DNA from: Zygnema circumcarinatum SAG 698-1b
Lineage: Eukaryota > Plantae > Zygnematophyceae
Reading direction: 5' to 3'
Assembly: GCA_037447605.1 (NCBI GenBank)
Contig: CM074822.1
Coordinates: 1,201,492-1,265,491 of the forward strand
DNA length: 64,000 nt
Shown: positions 23,797 to 35,867 of the stretch, piece by piece
How the letters are laid out: each line of letters starts with the position of its first letter
Position numbering within the stretch: the first letter of the stretch is position 1
Position numbers and translations under genes: made by a program
The notes under the pieces: generated by a model
Told to the model about the DNA's origin: nothing
The model's input: the letters and a program-made list of their open reading frames with translations, nothing else
The model's database searches: none

Positions 23797-24708
23797 CGAA
23801 CGAGAACAGGAAACCTCTGCGCCATTTTAATTTACAAAAATTCTCAACCTAGTTTCACCCTTCTGCCATGCGAGGTGGGTAAGGGGGACGGGCCAATTGG
23901 AATACGCCACGTATCAGAAATATCCACGTGGCATGTTTTCATTGGAGGATACATGGCATTGTTGAAAAAAAAGGCCCGGGGGAGGGAAGGTGGCGGTTGG
24001 CAATCAGTACTGATTTCGGGATTTTACGGGCAGGATAAAAAACATAGAGACGAAATCGAAAGGGACAGGTACTGATTCTATTGTTATTGGGCAGGAAGAA
24101 AAATGTTGGAGAGGCGAAAATCGCGACAGCGGACTTTGCAGGAATGCGAAGAATATTTTTCGGGCAGATTATTGGATAGAAAAATAATAACAGAATTGTC
24201 CAAATTCTTGAAATTTCGAATTGGACTACAGAAATGGAGATGCGTAAAAAAACATTTCGTTTTTTTAGTTTTACGGGCGTACCAGGGCAGCGGTTTCTGC
24301 CGTTTGAAAGTTTTCTGGAAGGGACAAAAGTTGGGTCCTTTGCTCCTTTCTTTGGGCCATTTTGTCGTGTAGCGCGGACGTTTCTCGGCCTCTGAAGGTT
24401 CAGGTCTGGTGTTCGAGACCTGAATTTTCGATTGCCGGCCTTTTTGATTTTATTTCATTTCCAATTTTATGAGAGAATAATTTGAATTTGAATTTGAAAT
24501 TGGCACATGGACAGAAGATCAATAATGTTGTGGACGATGGGATTCGGCAACCAACCATTGGAGGTCCATTGGATGGCAATGGTTGGCGGGCCAATGGTTG
24601 GCAACCATTGAATCCAATGATTGGCACCATTGGGAATGGCTGGCTGGGTCGCGAATCAATGTTTCAACATTGCCAGCCATGCCGCCAAGTTTGTGAGAGC
24701 CGACCAAA

Positions 24709-25408
24709 CATGGACATGGACATGGGCATGGACATGGACATGGACATGGGCATGGACATGGACATGGGCATGGACATGGACATGGACATGGGCATGGGCA
24801 TGGGCATGGACATGGACATGGACATGGACATGGACATGGACATGGGCATGGACATGGACATGGACATGGACATGGACATGGACATGGACATGGACATGGA
24901 CATGGACATGGACATGGGCATGGACATGGACATGGACATGGGCATGGGCATGGACATGGACATGGGCATGGACATGGACATGGACATGGACATGACACAT
25001 GGACATGGACATGGACATGGACATGGACATGGGCATGGACATGGACATGGACATGGACATGGACATGGACATGGACATGGACATGGGCATGGACATGGAC
25101 ATGGACATGGACATGGACATGGACATGGGCATGGACATGGACATGGGCATGGACATGGACATGGGACACATGGACATGGGCATGGGCATGGACATGGACA
25201 TGGACATGGGCATGGACATGGACATGGACCTGAACATGGACGTGGGCATGGACATGGGCATGGGCATGGACATGGACATGGACATGGACATGGGCATGGA
25301 CATGGACATGGGCATGGACATGGACATGGGCATGGACATGGACATGGGCCTGAACATGGACGTGGGCATGGACATGGGCATGGACATGGACATGGACATG
25401 GACATGGA

Positions 25409-25466
<58 letters not shown>

Positions 25467-28197
25467 GACATGGACATGGGCATGGACATGGACATGGGCA
25501 TGGACATGGACATGGACATGGACATGGACATGGACATGGACATGGGCATGGACATGGACATGGACATGGACATGGACATGGACATGGACATGGACATGGA
25601 CATGGACATGGACATGGACATGGACATGGACATGGACATGGACATGGACATGGACATGGGCATGGACATGGACATGGACATGGACATGGACATGGACATG
25701 GGCATGGACATGGACATGGGCATGGACATGGACATGGGCATGGACATGGACATGGGCATGGACATGGACATGGACATGGACATGGACATGGACATGGACA
25801 TGGGCATGGGCATGGACATGGACATGGGCATGGACATGGACATGGGCATGGACATGGACATGGACCTGAACATGGACGTGGGCATGGACATGGGCATGGG
25901 CATGGACATGGACATGGACATGGACATGGACATGGACATGGACATGGACATGGGCATGGACATGGACATGGGCCTGAACATGGACATGGACATGGGCATG
26001 GACATGGACATGGACATGGACATGGACATGGACATGGGCATGGGCATGGACATGGACATGGACATGGGCATGGACATGGATGGGCATGGACATGGACATG
26101 GGCATGGACATGGACATGGACATGGACATGGGCATGGACATGGACATGGGCATGGACATGGACATGGACATGGGCATGGACATGGACATGGACATGGACA
26201 TGGACATGGGCATGGACATGGACATGGACATGGACATGGGCATGGACATGGACATGGACATGGGCATGGACATGGACGTGGGCATGGACACATGGACATG
26301 GACATGGACATGGACATGGACATGGACATGGACATGGACATGGACATGGACATGGGCATGGACATGGGCATGGGCATGGACATGGACATGGACATGGACA
26401 TGGACATGGACATGGACATGGGCATGGACATGGACATGGGCATGGACATGGACATGGACCTGAACATGGATGGGCATGGACATGGACATGGGCATGGACA
26501 TGGACATGGGCATGGACATGGACATGGACATGGGCATGGACATGGACATGGACATGGACATGGGCATGGACATGGACATGGACATGGACATGGACATGGA
26601 CATGGGCATGGGCATGGACATGGGCATGGACATGGACATGGACATGGACATGGGCATGGACATGGACATGGGCATGGACATGGACATGGGCATGGACATG
26701 GACATGGGCATGGACATGGACATGGGCATGGACATGGACATGGGCATGGACATGGACATGGACATGGGCATGGACATGGACATGGACATGGGCATGGACA
26801 TGGACATGGACATGGGCATGGACATGGGCATGGACATGGACATGGGCATGGGCATGGACATGGACATGGACATGGACATGGACATGGACATGGACATGGA
26901 CATGGACATGGACATGGACATGAATGGACATGGACATGGGGCATGGTTTATGGTTTATGGTTTATGGGCATGGACATGGACATGGACATGGACATGGGCA
27001 TGGACATGGACATGGACCATGGACATGGACATGGACATGGACCTGAACATGGACGTGGGCATGGACATGGACATGGGCATGGACATGGACATGGACATGG
27101 ACATGGACATGGACATGGGCATGGACATGGACATGGGCATGGACATGGACATGGACATGGACATGGACATGGACATGGACATGGACATGGACATGGACAT
27201 GGGCATGGACATGGACATGGGCATGGACATGGACATGGGCATGGACATGGACATGGACATGGACATGGACATGGACATGGGCATGGACATGGACATGGGC
27301 ATGGACATGGACATGGGCATGGGCATGGGCATGGGCATGGACATGGACATGACATGAACATGGTTTTATGGGCGTGGGCATGGTTTATGGGCATGGAGCA
27401 TGGACATGGACATGGGCATGGACATGGACATGAACTGAACATGGGCGTGGGCATGGACATGGGCATGTGGACATGGACATGGGCATGGACATGGGCATGG
27501 AGCATGGACATGAACATGGACATGGTTTTATGGTTTATGGTTTATGGACATGGACATGGTTTATGGGCATGGGCATGGTTTATGGACATATGGACATGGG
27601 CATGGACATGGACATGGGCATGGACATGGACATGGACCTGAACATGGACGTGGGCATGGACATGGACATGGGCATGGACATGGACATGGGCATGGACATG
27701 GGCATGGACATGGACATGGGCATGGACATGGACATGGACCTGAACATGGACGTGGGCATGGACATGGGCATGGACATGGACATGGGCCTGAACATGGACG
27801 TGGGCATGGACATGGAGCATGGTTTATGGACATGAGCATGGACATGGACGCTGGGCATGGTTATGGACATGGACATGGACATGGACATGGAGCATGGGCA
27901 TGAACATGGACATGGACATGGGCATGGACATGGACATGGGGCATGGTTTTATGGACATGGGGCATGGTTTATGGTTTATGGTTTATGGACATGAGCATGG
28001 ACATGGACATGGGCATGGACATGAACATGGGCATGGACATGGGCATGGACATGGTTTATGGACATGAACATGGGCGTGGGCATGGACATGGGCATGGACA
28101 TGGACATAGGCATGGTTTATGGACATGGGCATGGGCATGGACATGGGGCATGGTTTATGGGCATGGACATGGACATGGACATGGACATGGACATGGA

Positions 28198-28255
<58 letters not shown>

Positions 28256-28937
28256 GACATGGACATGGGCATGGACATGGACATGGGCATGGACATGGAC
28301 ATGTGGACATGGACATGGACATGGTTTATGGACATGGTATGGACATGGACATGGACATGGACATGAGCATGAACATGGACATGGTTTATGAGCATGGACA
28401 TGGGCATGGACATGGACATGAACTGGACATGGACATGGACATGGGCATGGACATGGACATGGACATGGGCATGGGCATGGACATGGACATGGACATGGAC
28501 ATGGACATGGACATGGACATGGACATGGACATGGACATGGACATGGACATGGACATGGACATGGACATGGACATGGACATGGGCATGGACATGGACATGG
28601 ACATGGGCATGAACATGGACGTGGGCATGGACATGGGCATGGAGCATGGACATGGACATGGACATGGACATGGGGCATGGTTTATGGACATGGGCATGAA
28701 CATGGACATGGGGCATGGTTTTATGGACATGGACCTGAATTTTATGGGCGTGGAGCATGGACATGGGCATGAACATGGACATGGACATGGGCGTGGACAT
28801 GGACATGGGCATGGACATGGACATGGTATGGACATGGTTTATGGACATGGACATGGGCATGGACATGGGCATGGACATGAACATGGTTATGGTTTATGAA
28901 CATGGACATGGACATGGGCATGGACATGGACATGGAC
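24709..28937. repeat. Hexamer satellite (CATGGA/CATGGG)n, left part
   Basis: About 4.2 kb tandem array with a recurring variant block GGACCTGAACATGGACGTGGG. It becomes more degenerate (GGTTTAT, CATGAA, CATGAG) from about 26930. Confidence 0.97.
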
Positions 28938-28940
28938 TGG

Positions 28941-29944
28941 TGTTGGTGGAGAGGGACTCACTCCAGCTGCTGCCGTCTTCTCCCGTTCGGGTCGCCACTC
29001 ACGGAGTTGGCGTTCCGTCGGCGATGGCATCTTCAAATCTCTCACATTCACTCATAGCCCATTTTACTCACAGAGTGAATCACAAAGAAATAATGCAATG
29101 AATAACAGAGAGAAATGAATAGAGAAAGCCCTGGCTCTAAAACTCCTTAATAGTGAATTCACTCATACATTGAGAGACCCCTTCAAATCGCCAGCAATCT
29201 CATGTACCACTACCTCACACAAAGACGAAAGTGTAGTGTCGCAACATCGTTTAACAAAGATAAATGTAATTTTACATGTAACAAAATTTCGAATGAAATT
29301 GTTTGCCTACAAATAACAAAAACAACTTAAATACTATGTCACAACACGCGGACAACAACATGCTACGGCTTCACAACATCGACTAGCTGCATCAAGTAAG
29401 GCCTTATCCCATCCTAATCTCAAGGCTGGCCGGATCCTCGTAGACCTTCACACGATTCAAAGATTTTGCTTCCTTCGCCGATCCGCACTCAGCTCTTCCG
29501 CTCAATCCACGCCTTGGCGCCGTAGGATCTGACCTGCTCCAAAGATAGATGACGCTGGCCAACTGGCTGCCTCACGCCACGCATAACTGACGCGAGTTCG
29601 TGATAATTCTGAATCAAGCAAGGCCGACAACCCGCCACGCCACCAAGGCCAAGTCCAAATCAATCCAAAGGCTGACGCCGCCAAGGCCGGGCTGGGATCA
29701 CAAGGCAAGGCCAAGCAAATATCTTCTCGACTGGCCCGCTGTCCGCCCGCCGCCAATGGCTGACCTCCGCCGCTGGCCGCCACCGCCACCGGGACCGCCA
29801 CCGCCGCCTCCACCGACCAAAGTCCGTACCGCCGCCCGTCGGTCTAGGCGCACATCGCCGCCAAGGGCCACACACACAACACATGCACACAAAACTAATG
29901 TCCCAACAACAACTTGTCTAGTGACTAACTACTATACACTAACA
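28941..29944 (-). mobile_element. 3' LTR of the copia element (~1.0 kb)
   Basis: On the + strand it starts TGTTGGTGG and ends CTATACACTAACA; both ends match the copy at 34327-34905. Confidence 0.9.
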
Positions 29945-32900
29945 ATCCTTTGGGACTTTAGCTTGCATGGGCCCCAACAACTAACCTCGCCATTCACCGC
30001 CAGGTTTCTCCGCTAACTCGCCGATATCGGGCGCTTGCTCCTTCAGACACCTATTTAACTTCACATCGATCAAACCCTCATAGACCAACTCCCGTAAATA
30101 ATGGTACTGCACTCTGATGTGCTTGGTCCGCTTGTGAAACACCTGGTTTCCCACCAGGGCTTTCGATGATTGATTATCGGTGAACAAGGTAATCGGGCGC
30201 TTGTTCTCTTTGTATCTATCAAAGAACTGCCGAACCATACGGCCTCCCTTTGCAGCATGACAAGCACCCATGTATTCTCGCCTCTCCTGCATCTCGACAT
30301 AACGCTATCGAAGTCCTCGCAGAGCTCCAATGCAAATCGCCCACCCATAGCTACAGGTAAATGAAACTCAAGTCGAAGCCATGTATCTACATCACCGCCT
30401 AATCCGGAAATCAGAGAAATAATCACTCAAGTTGGCCCTCTCACCTGCCTGATCCCATAATCAAGCGCCCCTCTCACATATCTCAATATCCTTTTCACGC
30501 TCCTCCAATGCTCGAGGCCCCGATTCTCCATGACGGGCTGGCCGAAGCTCATCGCCGCATCCGACGCTGCCCAATCATCAGGTACATCGACTCCCAATTG
30601 CAGTAGACCTCGTAAGGCACACACCGGCCGATCTTCGTACTCTCTCGGGCCGCACTCGGCGGGTGACATCTCCTTCTCGCATTAATCTAGCTTATCTCCA
30701 TCGGGCCGAGCACGCTCAGAATCTTCCATGTGGAACCGGCAAGAACACCGATACTTCTTCCGACACAAGAATAAGTCAGCCATCTTACCCCCCTTCACCG
30801 CATCCCCCGCGCATACCGGGCACCACCCAAATCGACATCTTGAACAAATTTGCTGAAGCAACCCCTTTTCAAGGAACTCGATTCTTCTGCAGAGGCTCAC
30901 TATTATGAGATCATCAACGAACCTTTAATTTAACATGATGTCCGGCCTCTCTCTGACGGTATACACGAATGATCTCGCTTCAATCGCCTAAACCACTCCT
31001 CCTCGTAAGATCATCTATCTTCTCGCATTCACACTCTCCTCGCTTCAAACCATATATAGGCTCTTCACTAGTCGACAGACTAGGTGTTCCTTTCCTGGGA
31101 CCACCTTCCCCTCCGGCTGCTCCATATAGATCTCTTCCGTTAGATCTCCGTACAGGAATGCCGTCTTGATGTCCAGCTGATGGACATGCATTCCTTCAGC
31201 CGCTGCGATGGAAATCAAGGCTCTTAAGGAGTTGAACTTTACCACTCTGTGAGCCGAAAGTCAACTCCATGCCTCTGGGCGTGTCCCTCGCCACTAGCCG
31301 CCAGCCTCTTCATCTCACTGCCCACGCCCCGCCTTCTCCCTCCTCTTGACTTCTTGAAGACCCATTTGCAGCCAATAGCTCACCTCCCTTGAGGCAGCTC
31401 CTCCAACCTCCACGTGTCGTTCTCTATCAAGCTGTCCCACTCGCTATCGATCGCCACCCGCCATTTGTCGCCATCGACTCCGTCGTGTGCTTCCTCAAAG
31501 GTCTGTGGTTCCGTGATCATAAAGCAATGGGCAACTCCCACGAGGTCAGCTGAATCTGAAGGCACTCTTTCTTGGATGAGGTTGTTCCCCGTGCGAGTAC
31601 CCATCTGGTCGCCTCCCCGTCTCCTACCCGCTTCTTCCGAATCTCCTTCAAGGCCGGCCCCTTCCTCGATAGAAGTAGAGTCCGGTATTAAAACCCCGAG
31701 GCATGTTAGCTAACAACATAGCCTTCCTCTCGGCCGCCTGCTGTCCTCCTGACTATGCGCAACGCTCCACGAGTTCTCTTCCTCCTCTTCCCTTTCACTC
31801 AAACCTGAAAGTGCACCGCAATCGCTCTCAAGCCACTCCCGCGCTCCTCCGCATGCGCCCTTCCGGGCGACTCTCCTCCAACATCAGCAAAGTTTCCTCG
31901 CTTGACGCAGCCAAGCTGGCTCGCTCTTCACTGCGGATGTGCTGGCACCCCGCATGCGACATCACGCCCACTCGCCTCCTCCCTCATAAGCACACGACCA
32001 AATCCGCCGAGGTGCGAGAGATCCGAGTCTCAGCACGCCGTAACAAAGACTTCCCTCATAAACCGTAATGTCCCTCGCGGGCTCGTGACCTCCCCGCAAA
32101 TGTAGGTTCCATTACCTATAATGCGGCGCTGTTGGTGTTATGGGTAGCCGAGAACATAACCCTCCACCGCTCGGGGGTCAAACTTCTTCTTCTGTCGCGC
32201 CTTGGGCAGTGCAGCCCAGCATCGCGCGCCAAAGGTCCTCAGGTGGGAAACTGTGGGCTTCCTCCCACTCCACATCTGCTCAGGGACCTGGTCTTTCAGA
32301 ACAGAAGACGGACATCTGTTTCTAATGTACGCAGCAGTAGAAACCGCTTCTCCCCAAAAAGAAGCTGGAAAGGGGGAATCAATCAACATGGTCCTGTTTC
32401 ATGTCCCCCACTGTCCGATTCACTCGGCCACTGCTCCATTGCTCAGGGAATAGGGGCAGAATTACGCCTTATATCATGTTCTTCTCAGAACTCGCTAATC
32501 CCTTCATTTGAATTCGCCATTGTCTGGAAGTTTCAAAGCCTTCGCCCCCCGCGATTCTGCCTCCTACCGTTCAAATGGCATCCTCGGTGCGTCTTCAAAA
32601 GCCTCTCACTTGTTCTTGGAGGAGCCGCAACCGTAAATCTTCTCAGTAATCGCCGAGGAACGTGATCTAAGTAACGCTCCGCCGCTATCGCCGTGTAATC
32701 AGCCGCACAAGTCAGAACGTACCATTCCAATCCTCACAATGATAGGACCTCGTCTCCACTTCACTTCACGGTCTCCTGCGGGCGCCTTTGCCCTCCACAC
32801 ACTCGGCACAACCCAAGCTCCTCCACACCCGGCCCAGCCCACGATTCAACCCCTCAGCCCAACCGCTGCATTCCCTCTATGGTGGGGTGACCAAGTCTTC

Positions 32901-34312
32901 TATGCCATACATCTACGGCATTCTCTGAGATTGCATTGGCATGCTCATAATTCTCCCTCTTATAATCAAGATAATACAGCCCTCCTCTCTCATAACCCCT
33001 AAACAGCTGTCTCCCAGTTTCTGTATGGATGGCCACGCATGACTTCTCCTCAAACAGAACACTGTATCCTTTCTTACACACTTGGCTAACAGACATGAAA
33101 TTCTGCTTTAGCTCAGGGGTGTGAAGAACGTCACCAATTGACAACTTCTCTTGTATGTCTTCTTCATTGATGACCGAGCCGTCTCCGAGTATCATCCTCA
33201 CGGCTCCACCTCTCGTCACGGTGACTCCTTCACCGGTTGCTGAATGGACTGAGCGTGTCTTCTCCAAGTTGTCGAGCTTGGAGAACATCGATGTGTCTCC
33301 GCACATATGCGTAGAAGCGCCGGAATCAATCAGCCACGGCCGCTTCGGATCCTCTACCTGAATCCTTCCCACAAACGCATTCTCAGTATTCTCCGCCAGC
33401 ATGAGGTTGTTCTCAACTGCTACCTTGCAGTCTGAACTCTTGTGGCCTCTCTTCTTGCATTTGAAGCAGTGCCAATCAACGCTTCTTCTTCTCCCTTCTG
33501 CTGATGAAGTCGCTGCTTCTCCCTTCTGGCTGCTCGCCTTTAAAGCAATTCTACCGAGTAGTGGCCGCATCTTGCCACACGAACACGCAATCGGCGCCGC
33601 CTTCCCCTCGGCTGACTCCCTCTTCTCGATTTGGTCGAGTGTGCAACGCTAGCACTTCGTGGTCACGCATATCCCCTAATGGAGTCCTCCTCCTTTATCC
33701 CACGCTTTGACTTCCGCCAAGAGTCATCGCGGGTATTAGTCGTGAAACCGCCCCCTCAAAGCCGCCAACGCTACATCGTAATCTACTGGGTCGCAAACCC
33801 CCTAGAAATCGCTTATCTTATGAATTCCGGGCTTCTAATGGTTTCCCTAAGGGCTAAAGTAACCTCTCCAACAGAGCATCAAAACTCCACCATATAGTTT
33901 CTAGTTTCTCATATCCGGCTTCGGCCTTTCATCTTGCCTAGCTATGCGGTAAAGACCGACGATCGCCACATTGTCTTTTACATCATACATTTCCTCTAGG
34001 CATCTCCACATGGCATGAGAGGTCTTCAGATCATAAAGCATAGAGGACGGACTTCCTCTTACGCTCATTACAATCTGCGTCAGGGCCTTGTTGTCCTTGG
34101 CTTTCCATCGTGCGAGCGCCACGTCGTGCTCCGACTGCTGCTCCGCTGAGGCTCCAACCGTAACTCCGCGCCTTGATGCTTTCGCCATCAACACTCAAGC
34201 AACCTCTTTGCCTACAAGCAAAGGGAACCTCAACCTCATCTCCAGCTTTGTAATCCCCGCCCCATCAAAGGCCGGAATGCTGAACTTGACGTGGTCCTCC
34301 GAGTCTCCATGA

Positions 34313-34324
34313 GCTCTGATACCA
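34313..34324 (-). other. Primer-binding site complementary to tRNA-iMet (TGGTATCAGAGC)
   Basis: Exact motif located 2 nt inside the 5' LTR end. Confidence 0.92.
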
Positions 34325-34326
34325 CT

Positions 34327-34905
34327 TGTTGGTGGAGGGACTCCTCCACTGCTACCGTCCGTTCCTCCATTCGGGTCACCCTCCATCGGAGTTCGCGTTC
34401 CAATCGACGATGACATCTTCAAATCTCTCACATTCACTCATAGCCCATTTTACTCACAGAGTGAATCACAGCAAATAATGCACAGCGGAATAACAGAGAG
34501 AAATGAATAGGAGAAAGCTCCTGGCTCTAAAACTCCTTAATAGTGAATTCACTCATACATTGAGAGACCCCCTCTCAAATNNNNNNNNNNCGCCAAGTCC
34601 AAATCAGCCAATCCAAAGGCTGACGCCGCGCCGCGTCAGTTTCGATTCGCGCGCAGTTTCGCGCGTCGCGTCACATCTTCGATTCGCTCCGCGTCCGCGT
34701 CCGCGCCACGTCACATTTCGAATCGTCGCGTCGCGCCTCGTCAATTCTGACTCCGCCGCGCCGCGCCTCTCCACCGACCAAAGTCCGTACCGCCGCCCGT
34801 CGGTCTAGGCGCACATCGCCGCCAAGGGCCACACACACAACACACGCACACAAAACTAATGTCCCAACAACAACTTGTCTAGTGACTAACTACTATACAC
34901 TAACA
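34327..34905 (-). mobile_element. 5' LTR of the copia element (about 450 bp hidden by the N gap at 34581-34590)
   Basis: Same termini as 28941-29944. Long near-identical stretches, e.g. catcttcaaatctctcacattcactcatagcccattttactcacagagtgaatcaca and ccaccgaccaaagtccgtaccgccgcccgtcggtctaggcgcacatcg. Confidence 0.9.
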
Positions 34906-35486
34906 CTGAACATGGACGTGGGCATGGACATGGGCATGGACATGGACATGGGCATGGGCATGGACATGGACATGGGCATGGACATGGACATGGGCATGGA
35001 CATGGACATGGACCTGAACATGGACGTGGGCATGGACATGGGCATGGACATGGACATGGGCATGGACATGGACATGGACATGGACATGGGCATGGACATG
35101 GACATGGACATGGACATGGACATGGACATGGACATGGGCATGGACATGGACATGGACATGGACATGGACATGGACATGGGCATGGACATGGACATGGGCA
35201 TGGACATGGGCATGGGCATGGACATGGGCATGGACATGGACATGGGCATGGACATGGACATGGACATGGGCATGGACATGGACATGGACCTGAACATGGA
35301 CGTGGGCATGGACATGGACATGGGCATGGACATGGACATGGGCATGGACATGGACATGGACATGGACATGGACCTGAACATGGACGTGGTCATGGACATG
35401 GGCATGGACATGGACATGGGCATGGACATGGACATGGGCCTGAACATGGACGTGGGCATGGACATGGGCATGGACATGGACATGGA

Positions 35487-35520
<34 letters not shown>

Positions 35521-35538
35521 GACATGAACATGGACATG
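34906..35538. repeat. Hexamer satellite (CATGGA/CATGGG)n, right part
   Basis: The same array resumes directly after the LTR with CTGAACATGGACGTGGG. Confidence 0.96.
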
Positions 35539-35867
35539 TGATCAACAATGAGTCACAATTTCTTTACCATCATTCAACAAAGTCACAAAATTCAAACGAT
35601 CTGCATGTCATACATGGCATGCAACATGTAGCTTGACTCTTTTTGGTCAACAATAAACTCTCAAAACCACTAGCAACTTTTCATATGAGCCACACGAGAA
35701 ACAAAGCACCAAGGTCATGTGAAAGTTGTGAGCCCTAAGTAGTCAACAAATCCTAGACAGCCCTCTCTTTTCTACAAGTACCAAAACTTCACAACAAAAA
35801 AACTTGGGGATGATGTTCATTCTAATATATGACAACCCGTCACGTCACGTCACCTCACGTTCCGTTC

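Larger units (their letters stand above)
28941..34905 (-). mobile_element. Ty1/copia LTR retrotransposon, full-length, frameshifted
   Basis: Two LTRs with TG...CA ends and a tRNA-iMet PBS. On the - strand the domain order is gag, zinc knuckle CFKCKKRGHKSSDC, protease WLIDSGASTHM, WHRRLGHP, integrase FWGEAVSTAAYIRNRCP, RT (SEWDSLIENDTW; QLDIKTAFLYGDL) and RNase H (TDNQSS...KRTKHI). Integrase before RT is the copia order. The pol region is broken into many ORF fragments. Confidence 0.95.

Noticed and set aside
24410-24435. 9-bp hairpin TTCAGGTCT-N8-AGACCTGAA near the satellite as a Helitron 3' end
   Set aside because: No CTRR terminus follows in either orientation, and a single short hairpin is expected by chance.
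24482-28900. 800-aa (MD/MG)n, (HG)n, (CP)n and (WT)n ORFs suggesting a His-rich or Cys-rich metal-binding protein
   Set aside because: They are translations of a hexamer satellite with no stop codons. Frame slips are frequent, and there are no splice signals or unique coding sequence.
28941-34905. Marked divergence between the two LTRs and many frameshifts, suggesting an ancient insertion
   Set aside because: Differences concentrate in CG-rich segments and indels while other stretches are near-identical. This is consistent with poor long-read consensus, so no age is inferred.
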